A stretch of DNA of 64,000 nucleotides from an uncultured Actinomycetota bacterium (GCA_963753435.1 CAVWCF010000001.1:1088001-1152000); one strand, 5' to 3'. Positions 32,908 to 42,497 are shown, counted from the stretch's first letter. Made by a program: numbers and translations. Notes: a model not told the origin generated them from the sequence alone.

Positions 32908-32975
32908 ACCGCCTTGAATGCGGCATTCAGGCGGATAGACCGCGTCCGCGCCGTCTCACCCAGTGAGAATGCGGC
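32908..32975 (+). repeat. dispersed REP-like element, copy 1
   Basis: accgccttgaatgcggcattcaggcggatagaccgcgtccgcgccgtctcacccagtgaga aligns without gaps to copies at 55174 (+) and 56256 (-). Confidence 0.8.
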
Positions 32976-33023
32976 GGACACGGGGCGCCGACCCCAGGAC
33001 GCAGCCGAACAGTGTCCGGGCAT

Positions 33024-33059
33024 GCCAAAGGGGGCGGCCCGAAGGCCGCCCCCTTTGGC
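33024..33059 (-). terminator. rplJL terminator hairpin
   Basis: 16-bp perfect stem with C(UUCG)G loop on the minus strand. Confidence 0.88.
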
Positions 33060-33083
33060 TGGCGACGTTGCGTCGCCGTCAGA

Positions 33084-33476
33084 TCACTTGACGGTGACCT
33101 TGGCGCCGGCGGCCTCGAGGGCCTCCTTCGCCTTGTCGGCCGCCTCCTTGTTGACCTTCTCCAGGACGGCCTTGGGGGCGCCCTCGACCAGGTCCTTGGC
33201 CTCCTTCAGGCCGAGGCTGGTGAGCGAGCGCACCTCCTTGATGACCTGGATCTTCTTGTCGCCGCCGTCTTCGATGATGACGTCGAACTCGTCCTGCTCG
33301 GCGGCGGCTTCACCGGCGTCGCCGCCGGCGCCGGCGGCCGGGGCCGCAGCAACGGCGACCGGGGCGGCCGCAGTCACGCCGAATGTGTCTTCGAACTGCT
33401 TCACGAACTCGGACAGCTCCAGGAGGCTCATCTCCTTGAACGCGTCCAGCAGCTCGTCAGTGCTGAGCTTGGCCAT
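33084..33476 (-). CDS. rplL: 50S ribosomal protein L7/L12
   Basis: [32 protein letters not shown]. Confidence 0.99.
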   Translation of the reverse strand: MAKLSTDELLDAFKEMSLLELSEFVKQFEDTFGVTAAAPVAVAAAPAAGAGGDAGEAAAEQDEFDVIIEDGGDKKIQVIKEVRSLTSLGLKEAKDLVEGAPKAVLEKVNKEAADKAKEALEAAGAKVTVK

Positions 33477-33530
33477 TGCTGGTCCTTCCTGTCGTTCCGG
33501 GCGGAGGGCCCGGGTTTCTCCGGGTTTTCC

Positions 33531-34287
33531 TCAGCCCTGGGGGCTGTCCTCGTCGGCCGTTTCGGCCGCGGGGGTCTCGTCGGCGGCCTCGGCCGCCTCT
33601 TCTGCCGCACCCTCGGGCGCAGCGGTTGCCTCCGGCTCGGTGGCCTCGTCGGCCACTGCCTCGGGCTCGGTCGCCTCGGTGACCTCGGCTTCGGGCTCGG
33701 TCAGCTTCGGTGGCCTCCGCCTCAGCCGCAGCCGCAGCGGGGGCGCCGGCGCCACCGGCCAAGATGCTCGGGTCGGCCTCGGCCTTGGCGCGCAGGGCCT
33801 CGATCAAGCGCGCCGCCTGGGACAGCGGGGCGTTGAACAGCGAGGCGGCCTGCGACAGCGAGGCCGTCATGGCGCCGGCCAACTTGGCCAGCAGAACCTC
33901 GCGGCTCTCCAGGTCGGCCAGCTTCTTGACTTCCTCGGCCGTGACCGGGGCGCCCTCGAAGTAGCCGCCCTTGATCACGAGGGCGGGGTGGTCCTTGGCG
34001 AAAGCCTTCAGGCCCTTGGCCGCCTCGACCGGGTCGCCGCTGACGAACGCGATGGCGGACGGGCCACTCAGCAGATCGTCGAGGCCCTCCACGCCGGCGT
34101 CCTTGGCGGCGATCTTGGTGAGCGTGTTCTTGACCACCGCGTAGGTGGTGGACGAACCGAGCGCTCGACGCAGTTCCTTCAGCTCGGCCACGCTCAGCCC
34201 GCGGTACTCGGTGAGGACGGCGGCGTCGCTGCTGCGGAAACGATCCGCCAGCTCCGCAACCGCGGTGGCCTTGTCTGCCCGTGCCAT
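33531..34287 (-). CDS. rplJ: 50S ribosomal protein L10 with acidic tail; apparent 1-nt insertion near 33703
   Basis: [31 protein letters not shown]; acidic TEPEA tail continues in another frame to the stop at 33531. Confidence 0.95.
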
Positions 34288-34319
34288 CAGGCTCCTTCCA
34301 GTCGGTCCGCACGCCCACC

Positions 34320-34453
34320 CGAAAACGAGAAACGCCCCAGCGCAGATGCGCGGGGCGTCGGCCACTAGCAGTGGCGTTCTGCTTCACACACCTGCGCGGG
34401 CCGCCCGTTCTCGGGCTTTCGGTCACCTCGCGGTGACGACCTGCGGTCTTCGG
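34320..34453 (-). promoter_or_regulatory. L10 leader RNA with terminator-like hairpin
   Basis: Begins CCGAAGACCGCAGGTCG like known L10 leaders; ends with the CGCCCC..GGGGCG stem plus TTTCTCGTTTT before rplJ. Confidence 0.75.
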
Positions 34454-34461
34454 CGAGCCGC

Positions 34462-34491
34462 AGCGTACGCGGCGGCCCGGCCGACGGTCAA
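34462..34491 (-). promoter_or_regulatory. sigma-A type promoter of rplJL
   Basis: TTGACC (34491-34486), 18-nt spacer, TACGCT (34467-34462). Confidence 0.78.
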
Positions 34492-34567
34492 AACGATGCT
34501 GTTGCGGGGGCGGTTGTGGCCACGGCTGCAGTTGCAGCCGAAGCCCGCGCGCCTTGCCGAGTCCGGC

Positions 34568-35278
34568 TCAGGCCGACTCGGCGACGTCCTCGGTACGACC
34601 GGCGGGGTCGACCTGGATGCCGGGGCCCATCGTCGTGGAAACGGTGATCTTGCGGATGTACCGGCCCTTGGCGCTGGACGGCTTCAACCGCAGTACCTCG
34701 TCCAGCACGGCCTGGTAGTTCTCCGCGAGCTGTTCCTCGCTGAAGGAGACCTTGCCGATGATGGTGTGCAGGTTCGCGTTGCGATCGACGCGGAACTCGA
34801 TCTTGCCGCCCTTGATGTCGGCGACAGCCTTGGCCACGTCCATGGTCACGGTGCCGACCTTGGGGTTCGGCATCAGACCGCGCGGACCCAGCACCCGGCC
34901 GAGGCGACCGACCTTGCCCATGTGGTCGGGGGTGGCGACGACCGCGTCGAAGTCCAGGCGACCACCTTCGACCTCGGCGATCAACTCGTCCGAGCCGACG
35001 ATGTCGGCGCCGGCGTTGCGGGCCTCCTCGGCCTTCTCGCCGCCGGCGAACACCAGGACGCGGGCGGTCTTGCCCGTGCCGTTGGGCAGGTTCACCGTGC
35101 CGCGGACCATCTGGTCGGCCTTGCGCGGGTCTACACCCAGCCGCATCGAGACCTCGACGGTCGAGTCGAACTTGGTCGCAGACGTGCTCTTGGCCAGGCT
35201 CAGTGCCTCCGACGGGCCGTACAGCTTGTCCCGGTCGAGACCCTCAGCGGCCTTGCGGTAACTCTTCGCGCGCTTCAT
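34568..35278 (-). CDS. rplA: 50S ribosomal protein L1
   Basis: [40 protein letters not shown]; ATG at 35278. Confidence 0.99.
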   Translation of the reverse strand: MKRAKSYRKAAEGLDRDKLYGPSEALSLAKSTSATKFDSTVEVSMRLGVDPRKADQMVRGTVNLPNGTGKTARVLVFAGGEKAEEARNAGADIVGSDELIAEVEGGRLDFDAVVATPDHMGKVGRLGRVLGPRGLMPNPKVGTVTMDVAKAVADIKGGKIEFRVDRNANLHTIIGKVSFSEEQLAENYQAVLDEVLRLKPSSAKGRYIRKITVSTTMGPGIQVDPAGRTEDVAESA

Positions 35279-35299
35279 CTGTTCGTCCTTTCTTCGTGA

Positions 35300-35338
35300 A
35301 CAGTCGTGGTGTGTGGGCCGCGCGGGCCCTCCCACTGC
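35300..35338 (-). promoter_or_regulatory. putative L1-binding leader before rplA
   Basis: CAGTGGGAGGGCC-CGCGC-GGCCCACACACCACGACTG: stem-internal loop-stem with GGGAG, resembling the L1 site. Confidence 0.5.
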
Positions 35339-35414
35339 CCCCGGCACCTGGTGTGCCGGGAAGTCGATTCGGTTGTTACGCGGGCGATCGCCAAGTGGCG
35401 ACGCAGCGGTTGGT

Positions 35415-35846
35415 TCAGCCGGTGACGTTGATGCCCATGGAGCGTGCGGTCCCGGCGATGATCTGCTCGGCCGCGTCCAGGTCGTTGGCGTTGAGGTCGG
35501 CCATCTTGGTTTCGGCGATCTCACGCACCTGCGCCCGAGTGACCGAACCGACCTTCTCCTTGTGCGGCACGCCGCTGCCCTTCTGCAGCCCGGCCGCCTT
35601 CAGCAGCAACTGCGCCGCCGGCGGGGTCTTGGTGATGAAGTCGAACGAACGGTCCTCGTAGACCGTGATCTCGACCGGAATCACCTGGCCACGCTGGGAC
35701 TCAGTCGCAGCGTTGTAGGCCTTGCAGAACTCCATGATGTTGACGCCGTGCTGACCCAGGGCAGGTCCGACCGGCGGCGCGGGGTTCGCCTGGCCAGCCT
35801 GAATCTGCAGCTTGATCAGCCCGGAGACCTTCTTCTTGGGGGGCAT
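35415..35846 (-). CDS. rplK: 50S ribosomal protein L11
   Basis: [30 protein letters not shown]. Confidence 0.99.
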   Translation of the reverse strand: MPPKKKVSGLIKLQIQAGQANPAPPVGPALGQHGVNIMEFCKAYNAATESQRGQVIPVEITVYEDRSFDFITKTPPAAQLLLKAAGLQKGSGVPHKEKVGSVTRAQVREIAETKMADLNANDLDAAEQIIAGTARSMGINVTG

Positions 35847-35879
35847 GCTGTCCTTCTTGCAGTCGGTTGACGCGGTGCG

Positions 35880-36806
35880 TCAGTTCTTCTGAATGTTGCT
35901 GAATTCCAACTCGACCGGGGTCTCCCGGCCGAAGATCTCAACGAAGGCCTTGACCCGCTTGCTGTCGGGGTGGACCTCGTCAATGGTGGCCAGAAGACCG
36001 GCGAAAGCGTGCTCGCCGATGATCGTGACCGAGTCGCCCGCCGAGAAGTCCAGAACGCGGACCTCCGTCGGCGCTGCGCCACCACCGGAACCGGCCTTCT
36101 TCTCCGGCTTGGGAGCCAGGATGGCCACCACCTCGTCGATGGTCAGCGGCGTGGGCGCGTGCCCGTGCCCGACGAAGCCGGTGACACCGGGGGTGTTGCG
36201 AACCGTTCCCCATGAGGTGTCGTTCAGGTCCATGCGAACCAGCACGTACCCGGGGAACTTGTTGCGCTTGACGTTCTTGCGCTGGTTGTTCTTGATCTCG
36301 ACGACCTCTTCGGTCGGGACCTCAACCTGGAAGATGTAGTCCTCCATGTTCATCGAGGACGTCCGCGACTCGATGTTCGTCTTCACCCGGTTCTCGTACC
36401 CGGCGTACGAGTGCACCACGTACCAATCGCCGAGTGCGGTACGCAGCGACTCCCGCAGCTGGGTGACCGGGTCGTCCTCGTCTTCCTCCGCGCTCTCGTC
36501 TTCGGCGCTCTCGTCGACAGCCACGGCCGGCTCGTCGCCCGCCTCCTCGCCGGCGTCCGCCGCGCTGGCGTCCGCCTCGGCGGAGTCCCCCGTGAGGTCG
36601 ATCAGCTCCGAATCGCCGGCCGCATCGGCACCGGCGGCGTCCGCAACTACGTCGCCGGACTCCGCGGGTTGACTGTCATCGGCAACGTCGGTGGGCGGCG
36701 TGGCGTCAGCACCGGAGCCGGGAACCGCGAACGGGTCCCGGGACGGGGCGTTGGACGGAGCATCCGTCGGCGCATCGGCGGCGGACTGCTGGGGAACCTC
36801 GGACAC
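35880..36806 (-). CDS. nusG: transcription factor NusG with long acidic N-terminal extension
   Basis: WYVVHSYAGYENRVK, FPGYVLV, VRNTPGVTGFVG, IFGRETPVEL; GTG at 36806 after AGGAAGG. Confidence 0.97.
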   Translation of the reverse strand: MSEVPQQSAADAPTDAPSNAPSRDPFAVPGSGADATPPTDVADDSQPAESGDVVADAAGADAAGDSELIDLTGDSAEADASAADAGEEAGDEPAVAVDESAEDESAEEDEDDPVTQLRESLRTALGDWYVVHSYAGYENRVKTNIESRTSSMNMEDYIFQVEVPTEEVVEIKNNQRKNVKRNKFPGYVLVRMDLNDTSWGTVRNTPGVTGFVGHGHAPTPLTIDEVVAILAPKPEKKAGSGGGAAPTEVRVLDFSAGDSVTIIGEHAFAGLLATIDEVHPDSKRVKAFVEIFGRETPVELEFSNIQKN

Positions 36807-36850
36807 TTGGTCCTTCCTGGGGTCGATGAGTCGTTCTAGTTCGGGCGGCG

Positions 36851-37102
36851 TCAATCGCCGAAGATGGCGATCGCCAGCCGGCCGAAGATGACGTCCTCGA
36901 CGCCGATGATCACCATCATGATCAACACGAAGACCAAGACGACCGACGTGTAGGTGATCAGTTCGCGCCGGGTCGGCCAAACAACCTTGCGGAGCTCGGC
37001 GACGACCTGCCGATAGAACAACCCGATCCGGGAGAACAGGCCGCGCTTCTCGCCCTTCGGCGGCTTGCCGGGCCCGCGCTCAGCGGTTGTGGTGTCGGAC
37101 AC
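36851..37102 (-). CDS. secE: preprotein translocase SecE
   Basis: FYRQVVAELRKVVWPT followed by one TM helix; GTG at 37102 after GAGGA (alternative start 37111). Confidence 0.96.
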   Translation of the reverse strand: MSDTTTAERGPGKPPKGEKRGLFSRIGLFYRQVVAELRKVVWPTRRELITYTSVVLVFVLIMMVIIGVEDVIFGRLAIAIFGD

Positions 37103-37180
37103 GTTCCTCACCTGGTCGTCGTCGGTACTTCGCCCCCCGCCCGGCTGGACGAAAGGCTAGGCGCACCTAGGTGCACCGAG

Positions 37181-37254
37181 CAGGGCCGGGGGGACTCGAA
37201 CCCCCAACCACCGGTTTTGGAGACCGGGACTCTAGCCAATTGAGCTACGGCCCT
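37181..37254 (-). tRNA. tRNA-Trp (CCA)
   Basis: AGGGCCG acceptor stem, CCGGT-CTCCAAA-ACCGG anticodon arm, GTTCGA T loop; 3' CCA not encoded. Confidence 0.97.
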
Positions 37255-37392
37255 CCGGTGGCCAACAGCCGCGGCCGACCCGCCCGTCTGGGCATGCTGA
37301 CGCACGGCGGACCAGCCACCTTCGCGAAGAGTGTACGCCCCGACCGCCCTCCGGGTCGAACCGTCCAGAACCGGGGTGAAACGATGCCCGGC

Positions 37393-38607
37393 ATGACCGA
37401 AACGCCACGCTCCCGGGTCTCCGCCCGCATCGGCGCCATCGCCGAGTCCGCCACGCTGGCCGTCGACGCCAAGGCCAAGGCTCTCAAGGCCGCGGGCCGG
37501 CCGGTGATCGGCTTCGGCGCCGGGGAACCGGACTTCCCCACGCCGGACTACATCGTGGAAGCCGCAGTCGCCGCGTGCCGGGACCCGCGCTGGCACCGCT
37601 ACTCCCCAGCCGCCGGCATCCCCGCGCTGCGCGAAGCGGTCGCCGCCAAGACGCTGCGCGACAGCGGCTACGCGGTCGAGGCGTCGCAGGTGCTGATCAC
37701 CAACGGCGGCAAGCAGGCCGTCTACAACACCTTCGCCGCGCTGCTGGACCCCGGGGACGAGGTGCTGCTGCCGGCGCCGTACTGGACCACCTACCCGGAG
37801 TCGATCCAGTTGGCCGGGGGTGTTCCGGTAGTCATCGACACCGACGAGACCAGCGGCTACCGCGCCACGGTCGAGCAGTTGGCCGCAGCGGTCACTCCAC
37901 GAACCAAGGCACTGCTGTTCTGCTCCCCCTCCAACCCGACCGGGGCCGTGTACACGCCGGCCGAGGTGGCTGCCATCGGCCGGTGGGCGGCCGAAGCGGG
38001 CATCTGGGTGGTCACCGACGAGATCTACGAGCACCTGGTCTACGGCGATGCGGAGTTCTCGTCCATGCCGGCGGCAGTGCCGGAGTTGGCGGATCGCTGC
38101 GTGGTCGTCAACGGCGTTGCCAAGACCTACGCGATGACCGGGTGGCGGGTCGGCTGGATGATCGGTCCCACGGATGTCATCAAGGCGGCCGGCAACCTGC
38201 AGAGCCACGCCACCTCCAACGTCGCCAACGTCTCGCAGATGGCTGCGTTGGCCGCTGTCAGCGGGGATCTGTCGGCCGTGGAGCAGATGCGCTCGGCCTT
38301 CGACCGGCGTCGCCAGCTGATCACCGAGATGCTCAACGCCATCGATGGGGTCGACTGCCCCGAGCCAGAAGGCGCCTTCTACGTCTATCCGTCGGTCAAG
38401 GCCGTGCTGGGCCGAACCATCCGCGGGCGCACCCCGGTGGACACCGTGGAGTTGGCGGCGCTGATCCTGGACGAGGTCGAGGTAGCGGTCGTGCCGGGTG
38501 AAGCCTTCGGCACCCCCGGTTACCTGCGGCTGTCCTACGCCCTCGGCGACGACGACCTGGTCGAGGGCGTCACCCGCATCTCGGCGCTGCTCGGCGAAGC
38601 GGGCTAG
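37393..38607 (+). CDS. class I PLP-dependent (aspartate-type) aminotransferase
   Basis: [41 protein letters not shown]; start at 37393 or 37384. Confidence 0.93.
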   Translation: MTETPRSRVSARIGAIAESATLAVDAKAKALKAAGRPVIGFGAGEPDFPTPDYIVEAAVAACRDPRWHRYSPAAGIPALREAVAAKTLRDSGYAVEASQVLITNGGKQAVYNTFAALLDPGDEVLLPAPYWTTYPESIQLAGGVPVVIDTDETSGYRATVEQLAAAVTPRTKALLFCSPSNPTGAVYTPAEVAAIGRWAAEAGIWVVTDEIYEHLVYGDAEFSSMPAAVPELADRCVVVNGVAKTYAMTGWRVGWMIGPTDVIKAAGNLQSHATSNVANVSQMAALAAVSGDLSAVEQMRSAFDRRRQLITEMLNAIDGVDCPEPEGAFYVYPSVKAVLGRTIRGRTPVDTVELAALILDEVEVAVVPGEAFGTPGYLRLSYALGDDDLVEGVTRISALLGEAG

Positions 38608-38616
38608 CGTCGCGGG

Positions 38617-39633
38617 GTGCGGGATCTGCGGCTGCTACCCAAGGCCCACCTGCACCTGCACTTCACCGGCTCCATGCGGCACACCACGCTGCTGGACCTC
38701 GCCGCGCAACGACAAGTGCAACTACCCGAGGCGCTGACCGGCGATTGGCCGCCGGTGCTGTCGGCGGCCGACGAACGCGGCTGGTTTCGGTTCCAACGTC
38801 TCTACGACGCCGCCCGGGCGGTGATGTCGGACGAGAGCGCCGTACGCCGACTGGTGCACGAGGTCGCCGTGGACGAGGCCGCGGACGGGTCGCGGTGGCT
38901 GGAGATCCAGATCGACCCGTCCGGCTACGCGCAGTGGTTCGGCGGGCTGACCCCGACGATCGAGTTGGTGCTCGACGCCGTAGCCGAAGCCGCGACGGCA
39001 ACCGGGGTCGGAATGGCCGTTGTCATCGCGGCCAACCGGACCCGACACCCACTGGACGCGCGCACGCTGGCCCGACTGGCGGCGCAGTACGCCGGACGCG
39101 GCGTCGTGGCCTTCGGTCTGTCCAACGATGAACGCCGGGGGGCCGCTGCCGATTTCGCGCACGCGTTCGCCATCGCCGACCGTGCCGGGCTTGCGGCCGT
39201 ACCCCATGCCGGTGAGTTGCTCGGACCCCAGAGTGTGCGCGAGGCGGTGCAGCACCTAGGTGCGACGCGGCTGGGTCATGGCGTTCGGTCCGTGGAGGAA
39301 GCCGGACTGGCCGAGAATCTGGCCCGGGCCGGGATCGCGCTGGAGGTCTGCCCGACGTCGAACGTCTCCCTGGGCGTCTACCCCGAAGCCGCGGACGTGC
39401 CGCTGCGGCAGTTGCTGGAAGCCGGGGTGACCGTCGCCCTCGGCGCCGATGACCCACTGCTGTTCGGCAACCGAATCGCAGCCCAGTACGAGGTGGCCAG
39501 GTCGGTGCACGGGTGCAGCGACGCGGAGTTGGCCGAGTTGGCCCGGATGTCGTTTCGGGCTTCCTTCGCCCCGACGGACATCGTTAGCGCGGCGATGCGC
39601 GACATCGACGCCTGGCTGGCGTCAGCGGGCTAG
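38617..39633 (+). CDS. adenosine deaminase family protein
   Basis: PKAHLHLH, HAGE, RLGHG, EVCPTSN, GADDP. Confidence 0.9.
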   Translation: MRDLRLLPKAHLHLHFTGSMRHTTLLDLAAQRQVQLPEALTGDWPPVLSAADERGWFRFQRLYDAARAVMSDESAVRRLVHEVAVDEAADGSRWLEIQIDPSGYAQWFGGLTPTIELVLDAVAEAATATGVGMAVVIAANRTRHPLDARTLARLAAQYAGRGVVAFGLSNDERRGAAADFAHAFAIADRAGLAAVPHAGELLGPQSVREAVQHLGATRLGHGVRSVEEAGLAENLARAGIALEVCPTSNVSLGVYPEAADVPLRQLLEAGVTVALGADDPLLFGNRIAAQYEVARSVHGCSDAELAELARMSFRASFAPTDIVSAAMRDIDAWLASAG

Positions 39634-39714
39634 GCGAGCTGAACGGATTCATGCGAAGTCCCCGAAGCGAGCCATGCACGCTCGGCGGGCCCAAACCTGC
39701 GGAGAAGGGTGGCG

Positions 39715-40739
39715 CTAGAGAGTGAGGCCGATCAGCGTCGGCTCCGGAACCAGTTCAACGCCGAAGCGCGCCAGCACCCCGTCGCGGATCTCGCGGGCCA
39801 ACGCGATGACGTCTGCAGCCGTTGCGGTGCCGGAGTAGTTGGTGATGGCCAGCGTGTGCTTGCTGGACAGCCGTGCCGCCCCGCCGCCGTAGCCGGGCGC
39901 AAAGCCGGCCTGTTCGATGAGCCAAGCCGCTGACGTCTTAATGCGGCCATCGCCGGCCGGGTACCGGGGGGCGGCCGCCGGCAAGGACTCCGCGCGCGCG
40001 GAGTCCAGCACGGGTTGGTGAAGAACGAGCCGACGCTTCGCGTGTCCGGATCGTTGGCGTCCAGGACCATCCCCTTCTTGCGCCGCAACGCCAAGACTGC
40101 GCCGCGCACTTCCGCTGCCGGTGCGCGGGCACCGACCTCGACTCCCAAGGTGCGCGCCAACTCCGCGTAGCGGATCGGCAGACCCAACCGTTCGGTGATC
40201 AGTTGCAGCGTGACGTCCAGGACGACGAATCGATTCGGTGCGGCTTTCAGCGAACTCGTGCGGTAGCCGAGGCCGAGGTCGCCGACCGCCAGCGTGCGCA
40301 CCCGACCTTCGTGCCGGTCAAAGGCCCGGATCCGCGCCAGCGTGTCACCGACTTCCTGCCCGTAGGCGCCGACGTTCTGAATGGGCGTGGCCCCGGTCAA
40401 CCCGGGGATGCCCGAAAGCGCCTCGATGCCGGCCAGCCCGTCGTGGATCGCCCGCTGCACCGCCTCGTCCCACGGTTCGCCCGCGGCAATGGTGACCAGA
40501 ACGCCACCGCAGGAATCGGAGTCCCGATGCATCCCGCGGTGGCCGACGCGCACGACCACACCGTCGAAACCGTCGGCGGAAACGACGACGTTCGACCCGC
40601 CGCCCAACACCAGCAGGGGCTCCCCCTGATCGTCAGCCGCGCGGATGGCGTCGATGAGTTCGGTCTCCGAGTCGGCGGTGACCCACCGCCGGGCGGGGCC
40701 ACCGACCCCCAACGTGGTGACGTCCGCAAACGTCGTCAT
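39715..40739 (-). CDS. murB: UDP-N-acetylenolpyruvoylglucosamine reductase, split by an apparent 1-nt deletion near 40012
   Basis: [28 protein letters not shown] in one frame; [24 protein letters not shown] in the -1 frame. Confidence 0.93.
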
Positions 40740-41668
40740 GGCCGGGGCGCCAAAAGCCCGTCGCGACCACGGAACCGCTTGAGCAGTCGGTCATAGGTGC
40801 GCTTGGACTCGACTTCCCGAAACTCCGGATCGCTGTCGTGGTACCCGTGGTGCCGTCCCTGGCGCACGGGCAACTCATCGGTGGCCACCGGCTGCACCAG
40901 GCGTCCACCGGCCTCCCGGAGCAGCAGCGACCACTCCATGTCCGCGTTGCGATAGAAGCGCGCCTTACGGCTGGGCGGCGTCCCGGCGGCGGCGTCCCGG
41001 CGCACGGCCAACAGGTAACCGAGCAGCGCGTCGACTTCACCCGCGTCGGCATCGACGAACGTGCGCCAGTCGTCTTCCAGGTTCACGTTGACGCCGCGCC
41101 ATCCGGCCGCCACCACATCGCCGGTCAGGGCCGCGGCGAGGGGCGTGATCGCGTCACCGGTGAGGACCGACGACAAGTCCAGGACCACCTGCGCCGTAGC
41201 GGTGTCGGCACGAAGCAGGGCGGTTACGGCCGGGCCCCAGCCGACCGGCGCGTTGACATGGAACACCGAGACGCGGTCGTTGGCGGCGGCCAACTCCTCC
41301 AGCGCCACTCCGGCGTCGTCCACATTGCCGACATCAAGGGCGATCACGCGCAACTGGGCCGGTCCGTGCTGCAGCAGGCTCTCGACGCAAGTGCGCACGT
41401 CGTCAGGCCAGCCGTCCACGACCAGCAGCGCCGAAACGGCATGGGTGTCCGGCTCCTGGCTGCGATCGGGCAGGTCGCTCAGCCGGTCCAGTACCGCAAA
41501 CGGCGGCGCCTCGGCTAGCTCAAAGCCGTCCGGGGTGTCGGTGAGCAGCCAGCCCGCGTCGGCGATCCGCCGGCGTAACTCATCGGCGGTGGCGAAGTCC
41601 CTGGCCTGACGTGCCGCAGCCCGCTGCTCGGCCCAGGCCAGGACTTCGTCGGGGGGCTGCGCCGACAT
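40736..41668 (-). CDS. fusion of CysRS C-terminal-like helical domain and GT2-like glycosyltransferase domain
   Basis: N-terminus EQRAAARQARDFATADELRRRIADAGWLLTDTPDG; then VSALLV..VRTCVESLL..VIALDVGN..VGWG..VVLD..GYLLAVRR..FYRNADMEW. Confidence 0.72.
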   Translation of the reverse strand: MSAQPPDEVLAWAEQRAAARQARDFATADELRRRIADAGWLLTDTPDGFELAEAPPFAVLDRLSDLPDRSQEPDTHAVSALLVVDGWPDDVRTCVESLLQHGPAQLRVIALDVGNVDDAGVALEELAAANDRVSVFHVNAPVGWGPAVTALLRADTATAQVVLDLSSVLTGDAITPLAAALTGDVVAAGWRGVNVNLEDDWRTFVDADAGEVDALLGYLLAVRRDAAAGTPPSRKARFYRNADMEWSLLLREAGGRLVQPVATDELPVRQGRHHGYHDSDPEFREVESKRTYDRLLKRFRGRDGLLAPRP

Positions 41669-41670
41669 CG

Positions 41671-42063
41671 CTACACCCGAACCGTGGCGCGAGCTCGGCC
41701 GAGCACCTTGTCCGCGCCGCATCGTGCGGTCAGGTCGACCTTGGCGGTCCCGTCCGCGTCCGCCGGAGACATCGAGACCTCGAAGTCGACGGTGGCACCG
41801 GCGTCGTCGTCAGGGACCACCACCGGCTTGGTGAAGCGCACGGAGTAGTTCAGGAGCCGGGCGGGGTCCCCCAGCCAGTCCGTCAGCACCCGCGCGCCCA
41901 ACGCCATGGTGAACATGCCGTGAGCGATGACCCCCGGCAGCCCGACAGACGTGGCGATCCGGTCGCTGTAGTGAATCGGGTTGAAGTCGCCGCTGGCCCC
42001 GGCGTAGCGCACCAGGTCGGCCCTGGTGACCGTGAAGGACTGCGCAGCCACGACCTCGCTCAT
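41671..42063 (-). CDS. MaoC-family hotdog dehydratase (HadB-like)
   Basis: YAGASGDFNPIH..GVIAHGM..VRFTKPV. Confidence 0.93.
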   Translation of the reverse strand: MSEVVAAQSFTVTRADLVRYAGASGDFNPIHYSDRIATSVGLPGVIAHGMFTMALGARVLTDWLGDPARLLNYSVRFTKPVVVPDDDAGATVDFEVSMSPADADGTAKVDLTARCGADKVLGRARATVRV

Positions 42064-42497
42064 TCGTCCTCCGCCCGGGAGACCAGCGTGCTGGAGAGGA
42101 CGACGACCGTTTCACCGGCCGCGTCGGCCACCTCGGTGCTAGCGGTCAGGACGGTGTTGCCCATGAGCACCTTGACCGCGGTGACGCTGACCGTGGCGGT
42201 GAGCAGGTCCCCGGCAACGATGGGGCGGCGGTACTCGAAGCCTTGATCGGAGTGCACGATCCGGGCGTAGTCCAGGCCACTGTCGGCGTCGGCGATCACC
42301 GCGTCCAGGGCATCCAGGCCCAGAACTATCGCGAACGTGGGCGGCGCGACCACGTTCGCGTAGCCGGCTGAGCGCGCGGCCTCGGCGTCGTGATGCAGGG
42401 GCCCGGTCTCGCCGATGGCAGTGGCGAACTCGCGGACCTTCTCCACGCCCACCTCATACGGGTGGCGCGGGGGGTACGTGCGTCCGACGATCGACAT
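42060..42497 (-). CDS. MaoC N-terminal-type dehydratase partner (HadA-like)
   Basis: YEVGVEKVREFA..APPTF..RIVHSDQGF..RPIVAGD. Confidence 0.9.
   Translation of the reverse strand: MSIVGRTYPPRHPYEVGVEKVREFATAIGETGPLHHDAEAARSAGYANVVAPPTFAIVLGLDALDAVIADADSGLDYARIVHSDQGFEYRRPIVAGDLLTATVSVTAVKVLMGNTVLTASTEVADAAGETVVVLSSTLVSRAEDE

Noticed and set aside
39715-40739. murB as a true pseudogene
   Set aside because: Both halves keep conserved motifs with a single indel, and two other single-base indels occur in essential genes in this window
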